Shown: positions 30,083 to 39,397, counted from the stretch's first letter. The stretch: 64,000 nucleotides of DNA from Candidatus Doudnabacteria bacterium (GCA_041497195.1 JBGQGB010000001.1:279376-343375), one strand, 5' to 3'. Translations and numbers: made by a program. Notes: generated from the sequence alone by a model not told the origin.

Positions 30083-31210
30083 TTACTTACACCCCCCTCT
30101 CGTCATGTCGCACATCCCGCACTCTGCGCACCCTGCTTGGTCAGTGCTCACGACATTATTGCGCAGCATGCATTCCCGTGCAAAATCGGTTATGGCCAAA
30201 AAGTCTTTCCAACCGTAAGACGCGCGGAACGAATAATTGGGCACGTCTTCAAAAAAACGACCAGCGATCGGGTTGACCACGACTCCAAGCTTGGTAATGA
30301 TTTCGATCCCCTGCTTTAGCGTGTTCAGCGGCTCCAAACCGCAAACAAAACAGGAACTGATCTTACCTTCACCAAAAATCTGGAGAGCTTTTTCGAAAGC
30401 CTGTAAGTACAGGTCTCGTGGGCATGCTTCATCTTTGCCTGGGATATATTTTTTACGAGCTGTTTCATCCCATGCTTCAAGATTCATCATAAGCGAATTA
30501 CAGCCCGACCCCTTTAGCATGTGGAGCCAAGACAAATCAGTGGGAGGGGTTATTTCTACAGCTACTCCAGCTGCATTTCCGAATCTTCCTCGAATGGCTG
30601 CCACGACAGGGCTAAGAATCTCCATTCCCCGGCCGGGATGAAACGTCATTCCCCCATTTAAAAGCACTTTCTGCCTCTGCTTCTCGGGAATCAGAGATAA
30701 AGCCTCGAGGATTTGGGTTTCTTTTTTGAGACGCAGCTCTTTTTTATCTGTGCTAAAACGCATGACGCAGAATTGACAGGCGTTTCCGGTATTAAAAAGT
30801 GCACAGTCTTCATATACTGAAGCGGCCACCTCCTCTCCATGAGCAACGAAAACTCTTTCAATGGGGGTCCCGTCGCGTAGAGTTTGCCCATACCATTCAG
30901 GGGTCGGCAAAAGAAGTCCCGAACCGATTATTTTTCCATTTTCAGAAAAATGGATCAGGGAATCTTCGTGCAAACTTAGGGAAATGGGCCGACTAACCAA
31001 TCCATAGATTGGAAAATTAACCGTCGTTCCCCCAACAAGGAGCTTAGCCTTGACGCCCGAGCTTAATCCACCGCGTTTTACCCGATACGGATTTTGCAGT
31101 TGCGCGATCCTGATCGAGGTTTGATTGGTGGCAACTGCTCCCTCACTCAGCAATCTCGCTTTCAAAATATGCTCTTCGGCTTTTGGGTCAAAAATTGGGA
31201 GTGAACTCAT
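30083..31210 (-). CDS. Radical SAM protein resembling MSMEG_0568 family
   Basis: C-x8-C-x2-C (CALFNTGNACQFC), C-terminal AGCAECGMC; GGAGG SD before ATG 31210. Confidence 0.75.
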   Translation of the reverse strand: MSSLPIFDPKAEEHILKARLLSEGAVATNQTSIRIAQLQNPYRVKRGGLSSGVKAKLLVGGTTVNFPIYGLVSRPISLSLHEDSLIHFSENGKIIGSGLLLPTPEWYGQTLRDGTPIERVFVAHGEEVAASVYEDCALFNTGNACQFCVMRFSTDKKELRLKKETQILEALSLIPEKQRQKVLLNGGMTFHPGRGMEILSPVVAAIRGRFGNAAGVAVEITPPTDLSWLHMLKGSGCNSLMMNLEAWDETARKKYIPGKDEACPRDLYLQAFEKALQIFGEGKISSCFVCGLEPLNTLKQGIEIITKLGVVVNPIAGRFFEDVPNYSFRASYGWKDFLAITDFARECMLRNNVVSTDQAGCAECGMCDMTRGGCK

Positions 31211-31250
31211 TTTTTCCTCCATTTGAAAAAAAATCGCCGACCTCTTGGGC

Positions 31251-31280
31251 AAACGAAAAACCCCTGCGCTTGCAGAGGTT
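31251..31280 (-). terminator. Attenuator terminator of His leader
   Basis: AACCTCTGC-AAGC-GCAGGGGTT then TTTCGTTT; antiterminator GCTTGGAGAGGTT inside the uORF. Confidence 0.8.
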
Positions 31281-31313
31281 CAGAAGATTCAGTATTAACT
31301 CAAAATACCAAAC

Positions 31314-31385
31314 CTAATCAACCTCTCCAAGCGAGGGACTGATATGATGATGATATGTTTTTGCAAACAAATTCTGTATTGTCAT
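31314..31385 (-). CDS. His leader peptide MTIQNLFAKTYHHHISPSLGEVD
   Basis: Three tandem CAT codons just before antiterminator strand. Confidence 0.7.
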   Translation of the reverse strand: MTIQNLFAKTYHHHISPSLGEVD

Positions 31386-31425
31386 GTTAACACGCTAATA
31401 TCAGCTCGTAAAAAAACTTCGTTAC

Positions 31426-31725
31426 TCATCTTCCGGCACGGTCCAGAGCGAGACGGTATCCCCCACGCCCGTGCTTGAGCCAATGCGCTACCCGAGTCAC
31501 CGTCGTGGTGCTCGCTTTGGCTTTGTCCGCCACTTCGAGATAAGATAGACCGCGATCAAGCATTTTGGCTATCTGAAAACGTTCTGCCATCTCTTCTATT
31601 TCGTGAAGGGTCAACACATCACGGAAAAAATCCTCGCAATCTTTTACAGTTTTGAGCTTCAAAACCGCTTGAAAAAGCTCTTTGGTGCTTTCATTTTCCC
31701 AGCCAGAAAGAGTGTCCTGTTGCAT
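31426..31725 (-). CDS. YerC/YecD TrpR-like repressor
   Basis: FFRDVLTLHEIEEMAERF, ASTTTVTRVAHWLKHGRGGY. Confidence 0.9.
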   Translation of the reverse strand: MQQDTLSGWENESTKELFQAVLKLKTVKDCEDFFRDVLTLHEIEEMAERFQIAKMLDRGLSYLEVADKAKASTTTVTRVAHWLKHGRGGYRLALDRAGR

Positions 31726-31759
31726 ATAAAAGACGTTTATATTTTAGTACCATGTTACT

Positions 31760-31789
31760 ATGTTAACACGCTACTTAACAATTGTCAAG
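31760..31789 (-). promoter_or_regulatory. Promoter/operator of TrpR-like gene; 14-mer repeated at 31384-31397
   Basis: TTGACA-17-TAACAT; ATGTTAACACGCTA occurs twice. Confidence 0.6.
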
Positions 31790-31890
31790 ACCAATTTGAC
31801 AGAATCCTCCGGCTTTGCTAATTTGCCCTTAGAAGCAAAAATATGCAGGGAAATCCGAAGACAACCGCAAAATTGCTACCCTAACGGGAA

Positions 31891-31914
31891 ACCGCCAAAA
31901 GGCGGTATTTTTTT
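31891..31914 (+). terminator. Leader terminator upstream of pyrB-like gene
   Basis: ACCGCC-AAAA-GGCGGT-ATTTTTTT between promoter and SD. Confidence 0.6.
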
Positions 31915-31942
31915 AAGCCCTTTTCAATCCTTAGGAGGACTG

Positions 31943-33139
31943 ATGAGTACTCAAGCAATTGCTCGTGGTGTCAACTCTATCGCTGAGCGAAACTTTGATG
32001 GGCCACAACAGCCTACTACTCCAGCAGAACTGAAAAAACCTGCGGCGGAAAAACTGAAGCACCTCATCTCTGCTGATCAATTTACGATCCCGCTCCTGGA
32101 AGAGCTGCACTTGCTCTCCAAAGCAATGGAAGAATTTTTGATGGACCTCCAGGCAGAACGAAACCAGCGAAAACCGGAGACTCGACTCGCCAAAGATCTC
32201 AAAACTCATCGCCAAATCAATATAGGCGGCTTTTTGGAAGAGCGTGGCGTCCGAGGCAAGGTGATGTACTCCTTTTTCTACGAGGAGTCTCTGCGCACTC
32301 GCATGGGATTCGAAACAGGCTGGGAGGATCTCGGCGGAAAGGTTTCTTTCAAAACGACTCAGTCAGGAAAAATCTCCAGCGTTTCGGAAAAAGGGGAAAG
32401 CCTGGAAGACGCTATTCAGGTGCTCTCCTGCAAATCGCCAAATGTCATTGTCTTACGCCATCCCGACGACGACTCAGCTGAACGAGCAGTCCGCGCGCTC
32501 GATGGGGGATCAACATGGGGGTCAACATCAATCATCAACGCTGGAAGTGGCAAAAACGAACACCCCACCCAAGCCTTCGGCGACTGGGATACTCTACGTA
32601 GACTTCTCGGGGAAGTAGACAAAATCAGAATCGGTTTTATGGGCGATCTCAAAAGAGGGCGCACTGTCACCTCGCTTAGTCTGCTACTCAGCCAATACCC
32701 AGGCGTTGAGATGTACTTCATCGCCCCGGAAGTCAATCAAATCTCCCCTGCTTTGCGACAAAAGCTCTGCCAACGAAATATCAAGATTCACGAAATTGAC
32801 ACTGGCTGGCGGCAGCTCCTCGAGAACAAATCTATCGACGTACTTTACCAGACTCGACTCCAGAAAGAAAGATTTGACCCAAACAACAAGCAAGAGCTCG
32901 AAGAAGCCATTCGCTTCCAAGCCCCCTTCACTATTACCCCGGAGATAGGCGAATTGATGAACGAAAACCACATTCTCCTGATGCACCCGCGTCCTATCTC
33001 TGACCTCAAGGAAATCCATCCGGCTTGCGATAAATACCGAATCGCCGCGTACAAAGTCACGCAGATCCAAGCCTGCATACTGGGCAGAATGGCTCTCTAC
33101 TCTAAAATGTTGGGCCCCAAAGGCACAGCCCTCGCTTGA
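31943..33139 (+). CDS. pyrB: Aspartate carbamoyltransferase-like protein, divergent
   Basis: KGESLED, VLRH, INAGSG..EHPTQA, GDLKRGRTV, TRLQKER; AGGAGG SD before ATG 31943. Confidence 0.8.
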   Translation: MSTQAIARGVNSIAERNFDGPQQPTTPAELKKPAAEKLKHLISADQFTIPLLEELHLLSKAMEEFLMDLQAERNQRKPETRLAKDLKTHRQINIGGFLEERGVRGKVMYSFFYEESLRTRMGFETGWEDLGGKVSFKTTQSGKISSVSEKGESLEDAIQVLSCKSPNVIVLRHPDDDSAERAVRALDGGSTWGSTSIINAGSGKNEHPTQAFGDWDTLRRLLGEVDKIRIGFMGDLKRGRTVTSLSLLLSQYPGVEMYFIAPEVNQISPALRQKLCQRNIKIHEIDTGWRQLLENKSIDVLYQTRLQKERFDPNNKQELEEAIRFQAPFTITPEIGELMNENHILLMHPRPISDLKEIHPACDKYRIAAYKVTQIQACILGRMALYSKMLGPKGTALA

Positions 33140-33296
33140 GCAATTAGGCAACCCTTCGCCCCCGGCGACATCCACTGACTTTTCCCCAAAAAGTCAGCAT
33201 GTCTCCGGGGCTGTTTTTTTTGCAGACAAAATAAATAGGGCCGACTGTGCAGCGCACTGTCGACCCTTGTGAAAAACTGAGTGGATTGTCAGAGAG

Positions 33297-33845
33297 TTAT
33301 CTGTCTTTGATGTTATCGATAGCCTCTCGGAGTCGTGGCCGCTTGATAAGAATCAAGGCCACTGCGGCAACGACAGCGCAAATCAGTGCGTAAAAGAAAA
33401 TATCTGTATACGGTCGATAGAAGGCATTGTAACCATAAATCGCCACGATGCCGGCTCCAGCACTGACCCCGCAAAACGGAAAGACGCCTTCTGCAATTCG
33501 GGACACTCTCCGCGGCCCTAGGTGTATCAGGAGCGTGAATGCCAGCCCGATGCCTCCTGCTGTAAACAGAATCCAAAGTGGCAGTTTTTTCGTTTGCACG
33601 AGGGCGAACATCGCGCCCAGGATCAGCGCTCCGTCGCTCCCGGGATCAAAGAAATACTTGCCGACCTTGGAACGGGCATTAAGCCAGCCGGCGACTAGCC
33701 CGTCCAACGCGTCCGTGATACCGCCAGCCAGCAGCAGCCAAAACGCTACCCCCCATGAATGGTGAAGGGTGAAATAATACAGCGCTGGGGCAATCACTAT
33801 TCCGCGCGTAGTCGAAATCAAATTCGGAATCCACTTTTTTATCAT
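33297..33845 (-). CDS. CDP-alcohol phosphatidyltransferase family
   Basis: IPNLIS..R, TDALDGLVA...S..G..FDPGSD. Confidence 0.85.
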   Translation of the reverse strand: MIKKWIPNLISTTRGIVIAPALYYFTLHHSWGVAFWLLLAGGITDALDGLVAGWLNARSKVGKYFFDPGSDGALILGAMFALVQTKKLPLWILFTAGGIGLAFTLLIHLGPRRVSRIAEGVFPFCGVSAGAGIVAIYGYNAFYRPYTDIFFYALICAVVAAVALILIKRPRLREAIDNIKDR

Positions 33846-33989
33846 TTGTCTCCCCCTTCTATTTCAAACACCCAATCTTACCATGCTTCGGCGGCCGAGT
33901 CAATCACCCGTATTCGTGCATTAAAAAACCTGTTTCGACGAATCGGAACTGGTTTTAAAATGGCTGATCAATTCGTTTCAAATTTCAGT

Positions 33990-34496
33990 CTATGACACTT
34001 TTGCAAAAATTCCTCTCTTTAGCCACAGACTGACAAGTTCATAAGTGCCAAAGAGGACGCCAGAGTAAAATAGATCCCCCAAGAAAGTCCCGCGGAAAAA
34101 CGGCAAGCCGTTGAAGTATGACTCCAGCAGTCCCGCGGCCGTGTGCTGGTACATGGTCCCAAAGGCCCAGACCGCCGCGTTGGTCACCAAAAAAAACAGA
34201 ACCGAACCAAGCATAGTGGCCCCGACAACGCGGCCGAAACTTTTGTCCCTGCGCAGCCACAGTCCCAATAGGCCGGAGACGACAAAACTCAGATACACTG
34301 ACGCCATGACCGCCGGGCTATAAAATCCGATAAAGTAATCGGAAATAAACATGGCCACCAGCGGAATGATGACCGCCCACTTTTTGCCCAAGTACGTGCC
34401 GCCAAAAAGCGCCATCGCAGTGACGGGCGCGAAATTAGGCACGTGCGGCAGCAGACGCAGGAGCACTGCTGCCAAAATCAGAAACCAGGCAAGCAT
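33990..34496 (-). CDS. DUF6580-like membrane protein (ECF S-component-like)
   Basis: RLLPHVPNFAPVTAMALFGG, FFLVTN, GLPFF. Confidence 0.75.
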   Translation of the reverse strand: MLAWFLILAAVLLRLLPHVPNFAPVTAMALFGGTYLGKKWAVIIPLVAMFISDYFIGFYSPAVMASVYLSFVVSGLLGLWLRRDKSFGRVVGATMLGSVLFFLVTNAAVWAFGTMYQHTAAGLLESYFNGLPFFRGTFLGDLFYSGVLFGTYELVSLWLKRGIFAKVS

Positions 34497-34503
34497 TGGC
34501 TAT

Positions 34504-34953
34504 TCATTTGTTAATTTTGTCTATTTTCCATTCTACCACGTCGCCATCATGGAGCTGCAACTGATCAGCACCCACCTGCGAGGCTTGGCCATTGAGGTAG
34601 AGTTTCCAAAAATGCTGATTATCCGGCGTCACTCCGCCGATGCTCTCCACCAGCACGCCGAAACTGTATTGTTTGTAGCCGACCGACGGGTCCAAGGCTT
34701 TGAGAAGTTCAAATGCGTTGCGGCCGTCATGGCCATAGTATTTGACGTAGTCCGCGCTCAGGACCGGGGTACCGTCCGCGTTCTGGATCGTGGGAGTGCG
34801 GCCCAGCACCGGCGGCGGTGTGGATGATGCAGGCGCAGGCGATGGGCTCGGGGTGACTTTCAAAGTTTGGTAAGTGGCGCGGATGTAGAAACCGCCGAGG
34901 ACCAAAACCAAAACAATGAAGAGTAAAATAATGCCTTGGGTAAATCGCTTCAT
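34504..34953 (-). CDS. DUF4430 / transcobalamin-like domain protein, membrane anchored
   Basis: SFGVLVESIGGV...FWKLYLNG..SQVGA......DGDVVEW. Confidence 0.8.
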   Translation of the reverse strand: MKRFTQGIILLFIVLVLVLGGFYIRATYQTLKVTPSPSPAPASSTPPPVLGRTPTIQNADGTPVLSADYVKYYGHDGRNAFELLKALDPSVGYKQYSFGVLVESIGGVTPDNQHFWKLYLNGQASQVGADQLQLHDGDVVEWKIDKINK

Positions 34954-34968
34954 ATGATAAGTTATTAA

Positions 34969-35484
34969 TTAAAAATCAATGCCCCGCTGGGCCAAAATGC
35001 CTTTGTAATATGGGTGCTTGATCATGTTCATTTCCGTCACCAGGTCGGCGGCGTCAATCAATTTTTTGATGCGTTTGTGCCCAGTCAGGCAGAGATGCAC
35101 TTTTTCCGGTTTGTCGCTGATGAGTTTCAGCAGATCGTCAGCAGTTATCAATTTCGCCTCAATCGCGGAGATGGCTTCGTCCAGAATGACCAAATTGTAC
35201 TTTTTTGATTGCAATGCTTGCCGGGAAAATTCGAGAGCCTTATGTGCGGCGTCTTTGTGTTCACTCAAAGCCTTTCTATCCCCCAAAATGCCCACAAACC
35301 CTTTGCCCATGATCTTGACTTCGACATTGGGTAGACTCTGCAAGATCTTGGTCTCTCCTGACGCCCACTCGCCTTTCACGAACTGCAGAAACAACACCTT
35401 AAATCCTGTCCCTGCTGCCCTGACTGCCAACCCGACTGCGGCCGAAGTCTTTCCCTTCCCATTGCCGATATAAATAATGGTCAT
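34969..35484 (-). CDS. cobO: Cob(I)alamin adenosyltransferase (CobA/BtuR type)
   Basis: GNGKGKTSAAVG, QFVKG, ILDE, LTG, ADLVTEM..IKHPY, GIDF. Confidence 0.93.
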   Translation of the reverse strand: MTIIYIGNGKGKTSAAVGLAVRAAGTGFKVLFLQFVKGEWASGETKILQSLPNVEVKIMGKGFVGILGDRKALSEHKDAAHKALEFSRQALQSKKYNLVILDEAISAIEAKLITADDLLKLISDKPEKVHLCLTGHKRIKKLIDAADLVTEMNMIKHPYYKGILAQRGIDF

Positions 35485-35495
35485 GCCTGTAGTCC

Positions 35496-35957
35496 TTATA
35501 GAATCTGTAAAAGTTCTTTCAGTTCCCGAATAATATATTTCGGCTGGCCAGTCTCATCATTGGGCATCTCACTGGAAAATTTGCCTTTTTGGAGCCAAAT
35601 CGTTACGGAACCATTTCGGTTTCCCCATTTAATTCCTCTGATCACTCTGTCATCAATGATTGCGATTTTATTCGCAGGAACTTTAAAAGTTGAAACAATC
35701 TCCTCAAATAGCTCATCTTTATTTGTGTCCGTTACCATAGCTAGGTCAAATAACTCCCGGAGCGGTGATTTCTCAACCTGATTTTTTCTCTCTTCCAAAC
35801 CTGCATTCGCATGCTCTGTGACAAGCGACAAGGTTGCCAGTTTGTATCCTTTAGCCTTACAGTACTTTAAAACTTCCTCAGATTCGGGAAATTCTTTTTT
35901 AGCATCCGAATCAAAAAGCGTACGACCCCAATCAAAGATAATGGCTTTGATGTTCAT
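35496..35957 (-). CDS. HAD-family hydrolase-like protein
   Basis: IIFDWGRTL, IIDDR...GI..G; more AT-rich than neighbours. Confidence 0.75.
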   Translation of the reverse strand: MNIKAIIFDWGRTLFDSDAKKEFPESEEVLKYCKAKGYKLATLSLVTEHANAGLEERKNQVEKSPLRELFDLAMVTDTNKDELFEEIVSTFKVPANKIAIIDDRVIRGIKWGNRNGSVTIWLQKGKFSSEMPNDETGQPKYIIRELKELLQIL

Positions 35958-35994
35958 AGCCAACAAGCTACAAGCTAAAACCTACAGCCTGTCC

Positions 35995-38589
35995 CTACCC
36001 GCACTTACTAAACCCGCACATATCGCAAGTCATGCAGCCTTCTTTGAGAGTGAGGCTGGAGCCGCAGTCCGGACACGCTGGCGCGTAGCCGAGATTGGCA
36101 ATAGAGGGCTGTTTGGCTGCCACATATCCATTTGTCGTTTCACCAGAAGTTTCCGGCACTGCGCTATACAAAGTCTCAGCACTGGTGGCGATAATTTTTG
36201 GCGTCGGTCCGGCTCCTTTGGCCGCTGGCAGATTGAGCTCGGTTTGCCCCCGTTTGATATGGTTTTCCAAAACTTGGCCGATGGCGTCGGGCAGCGAATG
36301 AATCGTGCCGCCATTGCTAAACATTATATCAGGGCCTCTAATGCCTTTTAGCTGATCAATGATGTCTGGCAACGACACTCCGGAACGCAGCGCCAGGGAA
36401 ATCAGGCGGCAAATCGCCTCGGTCTGAGCTTGGAAAAATCCGCCCGCCTTGCCCAGCTGGGAAAAGACTTCAAACGCACCATGCTCGTCCTCATTGATGG
36501 TCACAAACAAATTGCCATACGAAGTCCGCACCCGATACGTGAGGCCGCGCATTACGTCTGGCCGTTCCCGCACAATGGCCTTGCGTGTGGCAGCATCGCT
36601 TGCTTGCAAATGGCCATTCATCACTTGAGCAGTCAAGACTTTGGCTGCCGCGTCTGCCACGGTTTCTACCAATTCTGCCTTGCCCTCGCTGGGGGGGGTA
36701 GTGTTCATCGCAGACATGGAGACATGCTCCATGCCTGGAGCGAGGCTTTTGGCTTTGTCCAAATTTTTGTTGAGATTGAGGACCTGCACCTCCCGGCTGC
36801 CGTCGCGGTAGAGAGTGCAGCCTTTGCACCCAAGCTTCCAAGCCAGGATATAACCGTTTTCAATGTCCTGAATAGTGGCTTCATTGGGAAAATTAATGGT
36901 TTTGGAAATGGAATTTTCCACGTACTTTTGGAAAGCGGCTTGGGCCCGGATATGATCAGGGGCCGCAATATCCATGGACACGCGGAACGTGTCTTTGAGA
37001 TCCTGCGGGATACCAGGAATATTTTGCAGGGAGCCTTCGAGGATGATCTTGTCCATCAGTTCCGTACTATAAATCCCGCGGTCGCGCAAGGCTTTCTCCA
37101 AATGTTGATTGACGTAGCGATAAGTATGGCCATCCTTGTCCTGCTTGGTAAACGACAAGGCAAAATTTGGCTCAATGCCCGAGGAAGTATCAAAGAACAT
37201 GGAAATCGAACCAGTCGGCGCCACGGTCGTGACCATGGTATTGCGCCGCTTCACCCCCTGGTCGTGCCAGGTCGACTCGGCCCACAAAGGAAACTCGCCC
37301 TTCTCCGCGGCCAAGGCTACCGACGTGTTGTGAGACTCGTCCTGAATCGTCCGCATGACCACTTCCGCGGTCGCAAATCCTTCCGCCGAATCATACCGAA
37401 TCCCCAGTTGATAGAGCATATCCGCGTAGCCCATCACGCCAAGACCCAAACGCCGGCTGTTTTTGGACATTTCCTGAACCTCTCTGACTGGGTAGTCAAA
37501 CAAATCAATCACATTGTCCAAGAACCGGGTCGACACCATGCTGGTGTGCTGGAGGGCAGCGAGATCCAACTGGCCGTTTTTCACGAAAGCGGCCAGGTTA
37601 ATGGAACCCAAATTGCAAACATCATACGGCGGCAAGCCCTGCTCGCCACATGGATTGGTCGCCTCAATAGGGGTCTTCGGCATCGTATTGTAGCGGTTGA
37701 AGGTGTCAAGGAAGATCACGCCTGGTTCGCCGTTGTGCCAAGCGTTTTGGACGATCTCGTTATAGAGCTCCTGGGCCGTCATATCAAGCTCTTCGATACT
37801 CACCACCACGCCGTGCCGATCCCTGGTAATCCGCCGCGGTTTCATCTTCTCGCCCTTGTACTGGCACAGCCACGGCTCGTTCGGGTGTTCGGTGACAGCG
37901 CGCATAAACTCATCAGTCATGCCCACGGAAATATTGAAATTGCGGATGTCCCCTTCCACCCGTTTGCAGTGGACGAAATCCAAAATATCCGGGTGATCAA
38001 CGGGCAAAATCGCCATGTTTGCCCCATGCCGACCCTGCTGTTTGATGACCCCGAAAGCCTGGTTGTAAACTTGCAAAAAGGAGACCGGGCCCGAGGCCAT
38101 GCCAGCCGAGGCTTTGACATACGTGCCGGCCGGGCGCAGCCGGCCAAAGGAAAATCCCAAACCAGAACCGGCTTTTTGCAAGAGAGCGGCGTCTTTGAGG
38201 GTCTTGAAAATTCCTTCCATGCTGTCCTCTACCGGCAAGACGATGCAGTTGGCCACCACTGGCGAGGGCGCGCCAGCATTGGTGATAGTGCGGCCGGCCG
38301 GAGTAAACTGTTTTTTGGCCAAAAGGTCAAAAAATTCCCGCTCCCATTTTTCTACTTCTCCTTCGGATTTGCCGTAATTTTTTTCCATTCCGGCCACCGC
38401 GTGGGCAATCCGGTGAATCATTTCCGCTGGCGTTTCCTGCGTCCCGTCGTCGCGTTTCACCAGATAACGCTTTTTCATCATCTTCAGAGCGTTTTCCGAA
38501 AATGACTGATTCACTCGCAGTGCTTCTTCGGGAGAAATAAATTTATGCGCTTGGATTTCGACCAATTGGGATTTCTTGCTTGCCCTCAT
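35995..38589 (-). CDS. nrdJ: Adenosylcobalamin-dependent (class II) ribonucleotide reductase
   Basis: ANCIV, ATNPCGEQ, CNLGSINL, TVAPTGSIS, C-terminal TSCPD-like domain and zinc ribbon. Confidence 0.93.
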   Translation of the reverse strand: MRASKKSQLVEIQAHKFISPEEALRVNQSFSENALKMMKKRYLVKRDDGTQETPAEMIHRIAHAVAGMEKNYGKSEGEVEKWEREFFDLLAKKQFTPAGRTITNAGAPSPVVANCIVLPVEDSMEGIFKTLKDAALLQKAGSGLGFSFGRLRPAGTYVKASAGMASGPVSFLQVYNQAFGVIKQQGRHGANMAILPVDHPDILDFVHCKRVEGDIRNFNISVGMTDEFMRAVTEHPNEPWLCQYKGEKMKPRRITRDRHGVVVSIEELDMTAQELYNEIVQNAWHNGEPGVIFLDTFNRYNTMPKTPIEATNPCGEQGLPPYDVCNLGSINLAAFVKNGQLDLAALQHTSMVSTRFLDNVIDLFDYPVREVQEMSKNSRRLGLGVMGYADMLYQLGIRYDSAEGFATAEVVMRTIQDESHNTSVALAAEKGEFPLWAESTWHDQGVKRRNTMVTTVAPTGSISMFFDTSSGIEPNFALSFTKQDKDGHTYRYVNQHLEKALRDRGIYSTELMDKIILEGSLQNIPGIPQDLKDTFRVSMDIAAPDHIRAQAAFQKYVENSISKTINFPNEATIQDIENGYILAWKLGCKGCTLYRDGSREVQVLNLNKNLDKAKSLAPGMEHVSMSAMNTTPPSEGKAELVETVADAAAKVLTAQVMNGHLQASDAATRKAIVRERPDVMRGLTYRVRTSYGNLFVTINEDEHGAFEVFSQLGKAGGFFQAQTEAICRLISLALRSGVSLPDIIDQLKGIRGPDIMFSNGGTIHSLPDAIGQVLENHIKRGQTELNLPAAKGAGPTPKIIATSAETLYSAVPETSGETTNGYVAAKQPSIANLGYAPACPDCGSSLTLKEGCMTCDMCGFSKCG

Positions 38590-38639
38590 AGTGTTTTGCC
38601 TTTAATTATTTGATATTAAAGTTTTTGCAATTCTTTCTT

Positions 38640-38670
38640 TCCGCCGGAGGCGGATCTGCCTTGGACGGAA
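38640..38670. repeat. REP-like palindromes
   Basis: TCCGCCGGAGGCGGA followed by degenerate TCTGCCTTGGACGGA. Confidence 0.55.
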
Positions 38671-38673
38671 AAT

Positions 38674-39120
38674 TTATAACTTCTGAAGTTCTTTCTTGAA
38701 TTCCTCGATATCTTCAAACTGGCGGTAGACTGAAGCAAAACGGATATAGGCGACCGGGTCATACTTCTTGAGCTTTCTCACCACAATAGCTCCGATCTCT
38801 TTGGACTCAATCTTGTTGTCTTTCATTTTCTTCTGGATGTCCTGCTCGATTTCCGAAACCAACTGTTTGAAATCATCGCTGGTGACCGGCCGCTTTTCCA
38901 AAGCTTTGTGCAATCCCGCTTCCAATTTTTCCCGGGCGTACGCTTGCACCGAGCCGTCACGCTTGAGGACCTGCAGATCCAAAATTTCCACTTCTTCATA
39001 GGTGGAAAAACGGAACTGGCAGGATTCGCACTCTCGGCGCCGCCTGATAGACAAACCGTCCGAGGCAACTCGGGAATCAATGACTTTGGTATCATCGTGG
39101 CCGCAAGATGGACAGCGCAT
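38674..39120 (-). CDS. nrdR: Transcriptional repressor NrdR
   Basis: MRCPSC, VIDSR, IRRRREC, AYIRFASVYRQF. Confidence 0.97.
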   Translation of the reverse strand: MRCPSCGHDDTKVIDSRVASDGLSIRRRRECESCQFRFSTYEEVEILDLQVLKRDGSVQAYAREKLEAGLHKALEKRPVTSDDFKQLVSEIEQDIQKKMKDNKIESKEIGAIVVRKLKKYDPVAYIRFASVYRQFEDIEEFKKELQKL

Positions 39121-39281
39121 CGTCGTGGTTTTTAGGAATTAATTAGGCGGACAAAAAAACAGGCGTAGCAAGGAAACGCTTGAGGATGGACCTAATTAGG
39201 GAAAGGACAGCCTAAAAGCGTAAAAAACCGAGGGAATTTTGTTTTTGTCTCAAAGAGCTAGTGGTATGCTCTTGACCAAAA

Positions 39282-39338
39282 CCACTACATATTGTGGTTC
39301 TTAAGCTCAAGATACAACTATATGTTGTTTTGTGTCAA
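39282..39338 (-). promoter_or_regulatory. Tandem NrdR boxes overlapping the nrdR-nrdJ promoter
   Basis: CCACTACATATTGTGG (39282-39297) and CAACTATATGTTGTTT (39315-39330); TTGACA at 39333-39338. Confidence 0.8.
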
Positions 39339-39388
39339 GTTGGCAAAAAGCACTGAAAACAGGCTAAATCCCCTTTGACTCCAGCTTT

Positions 39389-39397
39389 TTATCCACA
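39389..39397 (+). promoter_or_regulatory. Single DnaA box upstream of nrd promoter
   Basis: Perfect TTATCCACA. Confidence 0.45.

Noticed and set aside
31840-31915. PyrR-binding loop in the pyrB leader
   Set aside because: AAATCCGAAGAC does not fit ARUCCNGNGAGGYU.
35958-35992. Degenerate heptamer repeats (AAGCTAC-like; also CTAGGCT near 62268)
   Set aside because: Too short and low in complexity to support a function.
36430-38505. 691-aa plus-strand ORF
   Set aside because: Antisense shadow of nrdJ; no motifs or RBS. The same applies to shadows over ftsZ (39543-40481), rel (22724-23656), metK and hisS.
39389-39397. Replication origin
   Set aside because: Only one perfect DnaA box; no cluster or dnaA nearby.
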